IMG/VR virus record: IMGVR_UViG_3300042261_001430
Span: 6,589-70,588 of that record
From: a virus
Length of the DNA stretch: 64,000 bases
Strand: one strand, 5' to 3'
Part shown: piece after piece, positions 31,027 through 41,021 of the stretch
How the letters are laid out: the number at the start of each line of letters is the position of its first letter
How positions within the stretch are numbered: position 1 is the stretch's first letter
The notes under the pieces: model-generated
The model's database searches: none
What the model was told of the DNA's origin: nothing
What the model saw: the letters and a program-made list of their open reading frames with translations, nothing else
Made by a program: the position numbers and the translations under genes

Positions 31027-31386
31027 ATGAATAAGGATGAAGTTGTATCGATGAGTAGATATGGATATGATGGGCTGACAATTCTCAAGCCCAATGAACA
31101 AATAATTAATTCAATAATAGCCATTTCAAATGGTAGAGGAAGGCTCCATGATTCTGGTTTTCCATACATACAGGTTTATGGAGAAACCGAGGATAAGGCC
31201 CTTGTAGATCTTGGGGTTCATGATCATATATGGTTTTATGAATGCGAGGATGTAAACATAGATAGTCTTGGAAAGAACATATTCAGATATTTTAGTCATC
31301 AGTGGAATGGAATGATGAAAATATGTTCCAAATTTATTCCATGTAGCACACTTATGATCGATGCAAAAAATATGCATATTAGGTAA
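31027..31386 (+). CDS. hypothetical protein
   Basis: GGTGA RBS; HDSG motif. Confidence 0.55.
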   Translation: MNKDEVVSMSRYGYDGLTILKPNEQIINSIIAISNGRGRLHDSGFPYIQVYGETEDKALVDLGVHDHIWFYECEDVNIDSLGKNIFRYFSHQWNGMMKICSKFIPCSTLMIDAKNMHIR

Positions 31387-31402
31387 GGAGAGATATAAAA
31401 AC

Positions 31403-31846
31403 ATGAAAGATATTATCCAAAACAGTTGCTCGGAGCTGCTATGCGATACGAGCATACATAATGTTGATAAGGCATTAGATCACTTTACAAAAATGTTTAA
31501 GAAGTATGGCTTTACATCGGAACCTGAACTTTCTAAAGATATGTTACAGGAATTGAAGTATGGCACCCTATTTTATGAAATGGGATATGCCGATTATAAA
31601 GAAAGGGAAGATCTAATCCCAGAAGTTACTGTATATGATATAGACGGCAATCGCGCCTCATTAGAATATGGAAGCAATGGATATCTACATACTGGATTTA
31701 GGGCAGACACTAACTGTGATCAGAGTGATTCTAGATGTTTCCCGATTTTAAATGCATTTGAAAAAGAAGGCGGGGAAATCATTGCCTGTGATGGTGGTTC
31801 TACGGATTGCTATGACGATTGGAAGCAAAATGGTGATAAAGCATGA
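31403..31846 (+). CDS. hypothetical protein
   Basis: AGGAG RBS; stop overlaps the radical SAM start. Confidence 0.55.
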   Translation: MKDIIQNSCSELLCDTSIHNVDKALDHFTKMFKKYGFTSEPELSKDMLQELKYGTLFYEMGYADYKEREDLIPEVTVYDIDGNRASLEYGSNGYLHTGFRADTNCDQSDSRCFPILNAFEKEGGEIIACDGGSTDCYDDWKQNGDKA

Positions 31847-32565
31847 CATTAAAAATGATCGCTGTCTCATTATCTAATAAGTGCATTCGAGAGCCTAGAT
31901 GTGAGTTTTGTTATGCAAAAAACGAACCGAAACGTGATGATTGGCAGTTAAAGTGGAAAATTAGGGATCTTGTTAAAGAAAACCCAAATGCTACGGTTTG
32001 TTTTGAATATAATGGGTATGGAATAAGAACAATATTTGACCTGTCCCGATATTATTGTAATGATCATACAATGACAATGACTACCATGCCTGAATGTATA
32101 AATGCTGGCTTCGTTGGAGCAATGAAAAATAATGGAATTAGTGCCATTTCTCTAAGTTTTAGTGGTGATTATTGGTTAGATCCAAAACGATATGCCAAGG
32201 AGTTGTGTGAATGGGAAGACGCGGCAAAAATAATCGTTAGTGCGGGGTTGCCAGTAGCTTGCAACTATTTGATTGCTAAAATACCATTCCGAGTCCCTGT
32301 CATGATTCTTGAACATGCAGCACAACTGAATTTGCTCACACTAAAACCGCACTCTGGATACAACGAGAGCGAGCTAGATTTTATTAAAGGGAAGATAGAG
32401 CATTACAAATTCGCTCTTAAGGTTGCCACGGATTCATGTTTGGGCGTACAACTTGGATATCTTGATAAGTGCAAACCAAATGAAGACTTTGTGCATGTAA
32501 TGCCAAATGGGGATGTCAGTGGATGCTGTTTTGGTAATATGTGTTACATGTGGAGCAAACCCTAA
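31843..32565 (+). CDS. radical SAM protein with SPASM/twitch-like tail
   Basis: CIREPRCEFCY (CX5CX2C), C-terminal C...VMPNGDVSGCCF. Confidence 0.7.
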   Translation: MTLKMIAVSLSNKCIREPRCEFCYAKNEPKRDDWQLKWKIRDLVKENPNATVCFEYNGYGIRTIFDLSRYYCNDHTMTMTTMPECINAGFVGAMKNNGISAISLSFSGDYWLDPKRYAKELCEWEDAAKIIVSAGLPVACNYLIAKIPFRVPVMILEHAAQLNLLTLKPHSGYNESELDFIKGKIEHYKFALKVATDSCLGVQLGYLDKCKPNEDFVHVMPNGDVSGCCFGNMCYMWSKP

Positions 32566-32592
32566 ATTTATTTTTTTGAAGATGTGATCTTT

Positions 32593-33012
32593 ATGGAAAA
32601 ACCAGACTATGAAAAGATTTCTAAACTTGAAAATGATATTGGAATCATGGAGAAGAAGAGATCCACAAAAAAGAAGGCTACGGGCGTGCCTATCGTAAAA
32701 AGGTCTATGAAGAAGTTACCGCCTGAAGAAAAACCCAAAAAAGAGTATCGAGGTAATCAACTCGATGAAAAAATTGAGTCTAAGGACAGGACCATTTTAA
32801 AGGTACCAGGGTCAGTCAATTATCCAACCACAATGCGAATAATTGATGCAATTAAGCGCCGATGTATTACCAATGATTCATATCAAGAGTTAATTTCGAT
32901 CAGAAACCTTAGTGTATTTGATGTAGTTGTTATAGTTCCCGATTTCGATTTGGGTAGTATTACTGGATATGAAACAGGTATCGAAAACGGCAAACCATTC
33001 CGATATGTGTGA
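32593..33012 (+). CDS. hypothetical protein with N-terminal PDY..I..LE motif
   Basis: MEKPDYEKISKLEND. Confidence 0.6.
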   Translation: MEKPDYEKISKLENDIGIMEKKRSTKKKATGVPIVKRSMKKLPPEEKPKKEYRGNQLDEKIESKDRTILKVPGSVNYPTTMRIIDAIKRRCITNDSYQELISIRNLSVFDVVVIVPDFDLGSITGYETGIENGKPFRYV

Positions 33013-33290
33013 TCTTAATGGAGGCAGAAATCGATGACCTTAAAAGAGAGAATGAGGGTCTAAAAAACTTAATAAAACTTCTAAAAATAATTTATGTATC
33101 AGGCGAAGTCCCTGAAACCATAAAGAAAATGAAACAATTAGAAGGTTGGTTGATAGACGAAAGAATCAAAAATGGTTTATCAAGGAAAGATGCCATCGAC
33201 CAGCTTATTATAGAAAATAAACTATTAAATTGGAATGGCACTGCATGGAGCACTATCTTTTATGACAAAAATAAAGAGACCAAATTATGA
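33009..33290 (+). CDS. hypothetical protein
   Basis: Short coiled-coil ORF. Confidence 0.45.
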   Translation: MILMEAEIDDLKRENEGLKNLIKLLKIIYVSGEVPETIKKMKQLEGWLIDERIKNGLSRKDAIDQLIIENKLLNWNGTAWSTIFYDKNKETKL

Positions 33291-34074
33291 ACGAATAAAG
33301 GAGCTTGAACGGAAATTAGCTGTCTTGGATGCTGGAAAGAATTTAAGCTCTACAATCCGCAAGCAAATCGATGCAATAAGCCCAACAGTAAAAGAGATGG
33401 TCGAGTCTCCGCCTGTAAAATATCCAGTTCCAAAGGAAATAAAATCCAGCGGATCTCACGCATGTAAGTTTGGCAAAATTGCAGGACCGATCATGTACGG
33501 AAGCCCGACCGCTCTAGCAAATAACATTGTAGAGTTAGCATCTACTCCCACCCCATCGGATTTTATTTATCTTGGATTATGCAACTCAATTTCGAGATAT
33601 GAGTTCTTTGGAGAGCCGTGGGGCGATGCGTTTTACTCTAGGGTCCGCGTCCCGAAAAACGCATTTGTACCTGTCACGAGGGATGGAAAACGGATGTGGA
33701 CAAATGCCCATACTATTGAGTTTAATGGGGAGAATGCAGACGTATGGAAACCTCCAACCATTTTGATATTTAGTCATTCTGTCCGCAGTCGATATGATCC
33801 TTACCTAGAGCTGAATTATGCAACTTGCAACGAACTTTCCAAGAAATCAATATTGCCAAAGGAAATATATTTTGATGATAAATTCTACGAAAAGATATTT
33901 GGCAAACCTGAAAAAATCAAAGATGATGGAGTTTATTCGATCGAGGATTATACAAGTCTCAGGATGATGGACACCTTGTGGGATGAGGTGTCAAATGAAG
34001 AACACCATCAATATTTAAATTACCGTGGGGAAAAAGAGTCTGGAGCCATCACGTTTACATATGATGCATATTGA
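33262..34074 (+). CDS. hypothetical protein with N-terminal PNY..I..LE motif
   Basis: MTKIKRPNYERIKELERKL. Confidence 0.65.
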   Translation: MTKIKRPNYERIKELERKLAVLDAGKNLSSTIRKQIDAISPTVKEMVESPPVKYPVPKEIKSSGSHACKFGKIAGPIMYGSPTALANNIVELASTPTPSDFIYLGLCNSISRYEFFGEPWGDAFYSRVRVPKNAFVPVTRDGKRMWTNAHTIEFNGENADVWKPPTILIFSHSVRSRYDPYLELNYATCNELSKKSILPKEIYFDDKFYEKIFGKPEKIKDDGVYSIEDYTSLRMMDTLWDEVSNEEHHQYLNYRGEKESGAITFTYDAY

Positions 34075-34123
34075 TTGCGAAAGGTATTTATATTTGGTGT
34101 GTTCATAAACATTTGGGATATAC

Positions 34124-34789
34124 ATGTTTGGAAAACTAAGAGAATTCGCATCTAATATTTTTTCTGAAGAGGAAAAGGAGTTGACGCCAGTCGAAAAACT
34201 CGATTTGGCTTATGAACGACTATTAGAAATGAGATTAAAGGTTTTAGAATCACTCGATGGTTTTACTGAATCAAAGGTAAATTTAGAAAGTACAAAAAGC
34301 AGTCTCAAAGGAAAAATATTACAGCTTGAAGGGAAAGCAAAAATCGCAGTAGATACGGGAAAAGATGATGTCGCGAAGGCTTATATTGCAGATAAGTTGG
34401 TTCTGCAATCGCAAGTAAATTCAATAGATGAGTCTTTAAAAGAAATTGGGAAATGTGAGGACCGGTTTCTCATAAACGATAGTAAGATCCAAACAAAAAT
34501 TGAAGTGCTGAAGGCGAAAAAAAGTGTATTATCTGTAAAATATGATATGAGTAAGGCCAGTGTCGGAATAAACGAAAGTGTAACTGGTATAAGTGATGGC
34601 CCCGATATCAATAATGCGATTCGCGATATCGAAGCGGAGATTGAAGAGCTTGACCTTAAATCTAAAGCAATTCAAGAGTTGGTTCAGAAGGGTGTATTGG
34701 ACAATGTACTCGGAGACGTTTATGCAGCGGAAACTGCCCAAGTAACGAAGGAGTTCAACGAACTCAAATCAAAAGTAGGAGCTGAATAA
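34124..34789 (+). CDS. pspA: PspA/IM30-family protein
   Basis: MFGKL...P.EKL...LEGKAKIAVDTGKDDVAKAYI...LKAKK..L..K...KA coiled-coil pattern. Confidence 0.8.
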   Translation: MFGKLREFASNIFSEEEKELTPVEKLDLAYERLLEMRLKVLESLDGFTESKVNLESTKSSLKGKILQLEGKAKIAVDTGKDDVAKAYIADKLVLQSQVNSIDESLKEIGKCEDRFLINDSKIQTKIEVLKAKKSVLSVKYDMSKASVGINESVTGISDGPDINNAIRDIEAEIEELDLKSKAIQELVQKGVLDNVLGDVYAAETAQVTKEFNELKSKVGAE

Positions 34790-34949
34790 GAATGTCATAC
34801 TTTACGTTCGTGAATGTGGCCATTGCTACACTTTTATTATTTTTGATATATTTAATTAGTCACGCAGTATTCGTTATTGTACTTCCGTGGCAAATCCTTC
34901 TTATAGTAGGAGTTATATTAGTAGGGTTTGCATGGATGGTGACAAGAAA

Positions 34950-35396
34950 ATGACAAGACTCGATAATGCGATGTTCTTTGTAATTGATATGTTCCGTGGG
35001 GAGACCGATAAGTTAGGGACGAGCCCTAAGTCTTTTCACTCTCTAAAAGTCATGATGAGTTTAGACACGGAGCCTGAGAGGGTAGTTGGTGCTTTGCATG
35101 ACATTCCGGAAGATCTTGGTATCTCTATCAAGTTCTTGACGGATGCATTCAAGCTAAGCGAGTATGAAGCCGAGGCTCTGACCCTTCTCACACACAAAAA
35201 AGGTGAAAGATATCTTGATTATATCGCAAACATTGGGAAATCTGGAAACAGCATAGCAATAAATGTTAAATATGCGGACATCAAGCACAATAGCTCAGAG
35301 AAAAGGCTCAAAGGTCTGCCAAAGGATACTTATGACAGGCTCGTGAAAAAGTATTTAGGAGCGAGGGCAATACTCGATGCCTACAATATGAAATAA
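34950..35396 (+). CDS. HD-domain hydrolase (stand-alone RelA/SpoT-hydrolase, Mesh1-like)
   Basis: DKLG..K..HSLKV...ALHDIPED...LLTH...YLDYI...VKYADIKHN. Confidence 0.75.
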   Translation: MTRLDNAMFFVIDMFRGETDKLGTSPKSFHSLKVMMSLDTEPERVVGALHDIPEDLGISIKFLTDAFKLSEYEAEALTLLTHKKGERYLDYIANIGKSGNSIAINVKYADIKHNSSEKRLKGLPKDTYDRLVKKYLGARAILDAYNMK

Positions 35397-35415
35397 AAAA
35401 TATTTTTTTTGATTT

Positions 35416-35565
35416 TTATCTTGGTCTTGACGATATTGCCGTTTTTATATCGCAAGTTGAACAATCGCCGCGACATGCCACCAGTGGGCACCCATATCCT
35501 CGATATGCTGTAACTTCGCCTGCCATCATATCGGATACTTCAGAAAAAGGTTGTGTTAGTTCCAT
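35416..35565 (-). CDS. small Cys-containing protein
   Basis: 49-aa ORF downstream of 35570..35893 with GGAG RBS. Confidence 0.4.
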   Translation of the reverse strand: MELTQPFSEVSDMMAGEVTAYRGYGCPLVACRGDCSTCDIKTAISSRPR

Positions 35566-35569
35566 TTTA

Positions 35570-35893
35570 TTACTCCTTATTTTTATTAAAGAAGAACGAA
35601 CTTACTTGATCAATGAAGTCAGCGATAGCATTTGCTGACACCATTTTATCCAGACCATCAGTTAGTTCTCGGTGTCCCAATATTATTTCAGGGCAACCAA
35701 GATTCATATTTCGTCTGCTAATCGGGCATTGGAAACATGAATCATCCTCAGAAGCGAGTTTTTCCATGACCTCGCACACCGGACATCTCTTTGATACTTC
35801 AATGCCCTTGCCTCTTGCCCTCCAGATGTCAGATGCTTCTTTAAGGGCTTCCATTATTGGCTCTCGATTCACGTCTAAGAAAAATCTCCTCAT
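35570..35893 (-). CDS. hypothetical Cys-containing protein
   Basis: CPVCE...CFQCPI...CP. Confidence 0.55.
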   Translation of the reverse strand: MRRFFLDVNREPIMEALKEASDIWRARGKGIEVSKRCPVCEVMEKLASEDDSCFQCPISRRNMNLGCPEIILGHRELTDGLDKMVSANAIADFIDQVSSFFFNKNKE

Positions 35894-36024
35894 CTTTGAA
35901 ACACCTTCGGACTACCCATAAGGGATGGGAGTATAAAAGCTTATTGGTGATATTAACCGAAACCGTTAAATAGTACTGCTATCATATATCATTTGCTGCA
36001 TTACATGCGGCAAACTATTTTAGT

Positions 36025-36657
36025 TTGGTGATAAATTTGAAGGATAAAGAGGATATCGCAATCATCGGCATGATGGCAAGTGGAAAAACCACTATCGGGA
36101 AAAAGATCGCGAACGAATTGGGTTATACGTTTTTCGAAGAGAGCTTCGAGGGATGCCCGACATTGGAAGCCTTTTATCAAGATCCTGCGAATTGGGCGCT
36201 GGAAACAGAGGTTTGGTTTTTACTGGAGAAGGCTCGTCAACACAAACAAATTCGCGATTTTGCAGGAAGCACTATATGTGATTCCCCCATCCAAACATGT
36301 ATCGGGGTGTTCATTCCGGCCATGTATGAGGACGGATTTTTATCACTAACTGAATATAATTTGTTGAATAATTTGTACGATGAATTTATTTCACAGTTGA
36401 CACCAAAACCTGATAAGTTTATATATCTAAATTGTACAACGGAGACGTTAATGGATCGAATAAAAAAGAGAGGACGTTCCTTTGAACAAAATTGCAATGA
36501 ATCGTATCTGGATTCTGCAATAAGAAATGTTAATAATCGTATAACCGGTCGTAGTGGGCTATTTAACCCTGTGCTGATCGTCGATGGAAACCAGTCAATT
36601 GATAATGTTATATGCGACATATTGGATGGGATGAAAAGTGGCAAGAAGAGAGTATAA
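36025..36657 (+). CDS. deoxynucleoside kinase
   Basis: GMMASGKTT, L..FY.DP..W, PDKFIYL, RIKKRGRSFE. Confidence 0.9.
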   Translation: MVINLKDKEDIAIIGMMASGKTTIGKKIANELGYTFFEESFEGCPTLEAFYQDPANWALETEVWFLLEKARQHKQIRDFAGSTICDSPIQTCIGVFIPAMYEDGFLSLTEYNLLNNLYDEFISQLTPKPDKFIYLNCTTETLMDRIKKRGRSFEQNCNESYLDSAIRNVNNRITGRSGLFNPVLIVDGNQSIDNVICDILDGMKSGKKRV

Positions 36658-36922
36658 ATGTGAAAAATGTGGAAAAACAGACGTTAAATTATGGCGAGAA
36701 TATGGATGTTTCTACCCTGATATTTTATGTTTGGATTGCACGCTAGATAAGGTGAGGCGTTCCGAGGTTGAAGGTTGGCGCAGCCCGTTTGAAGAGGGAA
36801 GGAGTGATCAGATAGGTTGGCATGTCGCATGTATTCCAGATGAGGAAGGAGTTGGGTGGTGGGGATATACATCAGTCCCTGAGCATTTGGTTAGATGGTG
36901 GTGGGCACTGCCTGATAGATAG
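36638..36922 (+). CDS. Zn-finger hypothetical protein
   Basis: CEKCG...CLDC...WGYTSVP...WW.LP. Confidence 0.6.
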   Translation: MARREYKCEKCGKTDVKLWREYGCFYPDILCLDCTLDKVRRSEVEGWRSPFEEGRSDQIGWHVACIPDEEGVGWWGYTSVPEHLVRWWWALPDR

Positions 36923-36933
36923 GTGTTTTTTTC

Positions 36934-39546
36934 ATGAAGATGCAGGTATTTGACATAAACTATAAATCCGATTATGATAGAAGTCCAATCATAAACATTT
37001 TTGGATGTGATGATAGTGGTAAATCCCAAAAAGTTTCGGTGGTTGGATTCAAGCCCTATTTTTATGTTCGCCCTCATCCAGACCACTTTGATGACGTGTT
37101 TATGAGGATAATGGATAGTAGCGAGGGGTTATACCTTGAAGAGGTACTTCGATTTCAACCAATTGGGTATCAATCAGAACCTTCAAGAATGATTAAAGTT
37201 ACAGCGGTGTCTCCGAAAGACGTAAAACCGATGCGCGAAACACTGAGATTCAATCCTTATGTGCTCGATATTTATGAAGCCGATATTTTATTTAATAGTC
37301 GATTTTCAGCGGACACTGATATAACCGGCATGAGTTGGATTGATGTTCCTAAAGGCACGGTAAGAGCAGAAGAAATAAAAAAATTGGATAAGTCAGAGGA
37401 GTCCGAGTATAAAATATTGAGCATTGATATTGAATGTCTTGCACCGGAGGATGGAAGTTTCCCTATGTCTGAGAAAGATCCGATAAACTTGGTTAGTATG
37501 TCGTTTAATCGGGGATATAAAGGTATTAAAGATTTGGTTATTATCGCGAAGCCGGTAAAATGTGATCGCTCAGATGTTATTGCTGTCAATAATGAAAAAG
37601 AATTGCTAAAAACAATGCGAAATATAATCATTGATTATGATCCAGACATTGTTACAGGATTTAACATAAACGAGTTTGACTTTCCATATATTGATACAAG
37701 ACTGAGAAAAAACTTGCTCGCGTGTGATTTTGGGCGGGACCATTCAGACTGGTATATCAGAAATGTGGGCATAAAGATTGATGTTACGATAGCAGGAAGA
37801 GCTGTAGTGGATACGTTGCCAATGGTTAGGAAAAACTTCAGTCTTGACAATTATAAGTTGAAGACCATCGCTAAGGAGTTGCTGCATTTAGAAAAGCTCG
37901 ACGTTGAACCTAAAAAAATGAGGGAGTATTGGTTTGCTGAAGACGAGAGATTCACAGACTTTGTTAAATATTCGAGACGTGATGCCGTATTGGGTATGAT
38001 GCTGCTTACTGATCTTGGGATGCTGGAAAAATACATTGCATTATCAAAGATCAGTGGGATTTTATTACAGACTGTCGTTTCTGGTGGACAGTCGGTAATG
38101 CTTGAATTTATGTTATTACAGCGATACAACCGCTTAAATCGGGTAATGGCCCTTAAGCCACAACTCTCTGAAGGCGATGATGACGATGAGTCAGAATTTG
38201 AAGGGGCCTACGTTTCTCAGCCAGAGGTAGGACTTCATGATCACCTGATATTAACCGATATGCAGAGCCTATACCCATCGGTAGTCATTTCAAACAATTT
38301 GTGTCCTACTACGGTTATAATGGATGAAGAGGTGCCTGATGGAAAATATCATGTTGATCCAAATGGTGGAAAATTTGTTAACAGTGATATACTCCCTGGA
38401 ATACTTCCAAAGATGTTGGATGATGTCTTGAAGAAGAGAATCGAGACAAAAAAGCAAATGAAATTGGAAGTAGACGGGCACAAAAAACAAGTCCTTGATA
38501 GTATCCAGTATGCCTACAAAATTGTTATTAACAGCGCATACGGTTGGTGTGGATATAAAAGATCAAGGTTATTTAACCTCACTGTCGCAAGTGCGGTTAC
38601 TGCATACGGTCGTCAAACGATTGATGGTGTGAGAAATGCGATTGAAGGAATTAAAGATCTACGTGTTAACGAAAACATATATAATTTTCATGTTATATAT
38701 ACGGACACGGATTCTGCTTATGTAGAAGTTACATCAGATGGAGAAATAACTCTAGACAACATAGATAAAGTAGGAAATACAGTAGCTGAAATAGTTTCTA
38801 AGCCGATGAAATACCCAATGAAACTTAACTATGAGGGGTATGCAAGACGTGCAATGTTCCTCGCAAAAAAACGTTATGCGATGTGGCTTCTGGAGAAGGG
38901 TCGAAATGGGGAAATAAAGGATAAAGTTAAGGCGAAGGGAATCGAAACTGTGAGAAGGGATTGGTGTAGGCTCACTGGCAACACCATGAGAAAGTGTCTT
39001 GATTTGATCTTAAAAGAGGGTAAAACCTCTGAGGCTGCACAATACGTCCTTGGTGTGATCTCTCGTTTACGGGTCTTTAACATAGATCTAGACGCAGATT
39101 TACTTGATGATTTAGCCCTCACAAGAAACTATCATAAAGATTCGCAGGGCTACACGAACCTGCCCGCACACATGAGACTCATCGATAGGATGAAAAAACG
39201 GGGGGACCAGATTCCCGGATTCGGTGATAGGATATCTTATTACATTGTTAGGGGTAGAGAGGATTTTGCTGAGCGGGCAGAGACGATTGAGTTTATTAAG
39301 AAGAACAATAGGCTTATTGACACCAACTACTATATAACCAAGCAAATAATTAAGCCATTGGCGAGAATATTTAATGCGTTAGACATAAATATGATGACAG
39401 GAGAAAGGAAAAAACATGAAAGAAATGTCTTTACTTTTGCAGGGGCCTTGCCTGTCGCGAGGCCACGGCAACCAATGAAAAAGAAGGAAGAACCAAAGGG
39501 CAAGACAATTGATGACATGTTTACAATGTTTAGAAAGAAGGGATGA
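36934..39546 (+). CDS. polB: family B DNA polymerase (archaeal-type)
   Basis: Exo motifs DIEC, GFNINEFDFPYI, YSRRD; pol motifs DMQSLYPS, KIVINSAYG, YTDTDS, KKRY, KGIETVRRDWC; no intein. Confidence 0.97.
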   Translation: MKMQVFDINYKSDYDRSPIINIFGCDDSGKSQKVSVVGFKPYFYVRPHPDHFDDVFMRIMDSSEGLYLEEVLRFQPIGYQSEPSRMIKVTAVSPKDVKPMRETLRFNPYVLDIYEADILFNSRFSADTDITGMSWIDVPKGTVRAEEIKKLDKSEESEYKILSIDIECLAPEDGSFPMSEKDPINLVSMSFNRGYKGIKDLVIIAKPVKCDRSDVIAVNNEKELLKTMRNIIIDYDPDIVTGFNINEFDFPYIDTRLRKNLLACDFGRDHSDWYIRNVGIKIDVTIAGRAVVDTLPMVRKNFSLDNYKLKTIAKELLHLEKLDVEPKKMREYWFAEDERFTDFVKYSRRDAVLGMMLLTDLGMLEKYIALSKISGILLQTVVSGGQSVMLEFMLLQRYNRLNRVMALKPQLSEGDDDDESEFEGAYVSQPEVGLHDHLILTDMQSLYPSVVISNNLCPTTVIMDEEVPDGKYHVDPNGGKFVNSDILPGILPKMLDDVLKKRIETKKQMKLEVDGHKKQVLDSIQYAYKIVINSAYGWCGYKRSRLFNLTVASAVTAYGRQTIDGVRNAIEGIKDLRVNENIYNFHVIYTDTDSAYVEVTSDGEITLDNIDKVGNTVAEIVSKPMKYPMKLNYEGYARRAMFLAKKRYAMWLLEKGRNGEIKDKVKAKGIETVRRDWCRLTGNTMRKCLDLILKEGKTSEAAQYVLGVISRLRVFNIDLDADLLDDLALTRNYHKDSQGYTNLPAHMRLIDRMKKRGDQIPGFGDRISYYIVRGREDFAERAETIEFIKKNNRLIDTNYYITKQIIKPLARIFNALDINMMTGERKKHERNVFTFAGALPVARPRQPMKKKEEPKGKTIDDMFTMFRKKG

Positions 39547-39914
39547 ATATGGTATCTAAAAATATTTTTTTTATGTCAATGAAATCAAGTGACAAAGAGG
39601 ACTTCGGTGGAGATCGATGTCAATGTGGCGTGTGTTTGTATTGGGTAAAAATTTCAGGCACGGCACTTGGTCATTGTTACGAAAAGGGAAGAAAGAAGTT
39701 TGCTACAGATATAACGAACGAAAATCAATTATGTAATGAGGTGTATTAAAATGGTTAATGGAATGGTAGAAATCAAGCAGGAAACATTGGAAATTATATT
39801 GCATACGTTAGTCAGTGAACACGGGTTAATAGTAAGCGATGGGCCTGAAAATGAGAGATGGATGATTGATCATCACGAAGAGATTGATGACCTCGAAAAG
39901 GTATTGGGATATCA

Positions 39915-40385
39915 ATGAAAAAAGAAATGGAGTACAAAACTCCAATTTTTAGAAGTGAGAAGATTGGTGAAGAGACTAAAATCGGCAGTTATAACTGCTG
40001 TGATGCGTGTGAACGTCCTCTTTCCGAATATGTTGAACTCGAAAATACCATATCTTTTCATAAAGAAACCGGAAGGCGTAGTCCCGTTAATATGTTTAAT
40101 AGTTATACCACGGTTTCATATTTTGGAGGAAAATGTGCCCAATGTCATGGTATGTTTTGTGATGATTGTATAAAAAAATTGATGTCTATTAGTGAGGATT
40201 TTGGTGAGAATTGCGCTGGTTACATTTTATTGTGCAAGAATTGCATGGAAAACTTATCAGACGAATTAAAATCTATGCTCGAAAAACGCGAAAAATTGTC
40301 TAAGTTGTATGATGAGTATGGAAAACTTGAGGGAGAAATCTTGGATCAGTATCACGCCTATATAAAGTCCGGTGATGCCAAATGA
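39915..40385 (+). CDS. Cys-rich Zn-finger protein
   Basis: CDAC..CAQCHGMFCDDC..CKNC. Confidence 0.6.
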   Translation: MKKEMEYKTPIFRSEKIGEETKIGSYNCCDACERPLSEYVELENTISFHKETGRRSPVNMFNSYTTVSYFGGKCAQCHGMFCDDCIKKLMSISEDFGENCAGYILLCKNCMENLSDELKSMLEKREKLSKLYDEYGKLEGEILDQYHAYIKSGDAK

Positions 40386-40714
40386 TGAGAAAAGAGTCAA
40401 AAACCGTTGAAGAAGAGGTCACGATCTACGTTTGTGATAATTGTGGATCAGAGTCGTTGTGTTTCACAACGCCTTGCATGATTTGTGGAAAAGATGTCTG
40501 CAAGGCATGCCGCCACGGTATAGATGCATACTGTTGCGATTTGAATAATAAGTATCCATCCTATAGTGGGGACTATCCAAGCGATAGAATTTGTAAGCAG
40601 TGCTGGAATGATGGTGTTGGATACCGTTCAAAAATTCAGGCTGTGAGAGACCAAGCAGAGAAGATGGAAGAAAAACTTTGGGAAGATTGGAAGAATGAGA
40701 AAAATTGTAAGTGA
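40382..40714 (+). CDS. Cys-rich Zn-finger protein (paralog A)
   Basis: CDNCG..CMICGKDVCKAC..GDYP..ICKQCWNDG. Confidence 0.65.
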   Translation: MMRKESKTVEEEVTIYVCDNCGSESLCFTTPCMICGKDVCKACRHGIDAYCCDLNNKYPSYSGDYPSDRICKQCWNDGVGYRSKIQAVRDQAEKMEEKLWEDWKNEKNCK

Positions 40715-41021
40715 AACCAAAACAACAGAAAATGTATTCGTGACGTGCGATTTGTGTGGCTGTTGTACTACAAATTATTCACAAGGTTGTAGTATCTGTG
40801 GAAAAGATACCTGCCCAAGTTGTAGATATGGTATAGATGACAATTCTTATCTGGATGATAATTTTCCGTCATTTGATGGCGACTATCCGACATCCTACAT
40901 TTGTAAAGAATGTTGGAATGAAGGAAAAGAATTTAGGGATATGATCATGGACATTAGGTGGGAAGCTGATTCAAAAGAAAATTCGGTATGGGATGAATGG
41001 AGGAAGCGGAAAAATGAGTGA
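40695..41021 (+). CDS. Cys-rich Zn-finger protein (paralog B)
   Basis: CDLCG..CSICGKDTCPSC..GDYP..ICKECWNEG. Confidence 0.65.
   Translation: MRKIVSETKTTENVFVTCDLCGCCTTNYSQGCSICGKDTCPSCRYGIDDNSYLDDNFPSFDGDYPTSYICKECWNEGKEFRDMIMDIRWEADSKENSVWDEWRKRKNE

Noticed and set aside
36934-39546. Intein or intron in polB or nrdD
   Set aside because: Lengths and motif spacing are normal, with no intein splice-junction motifs.
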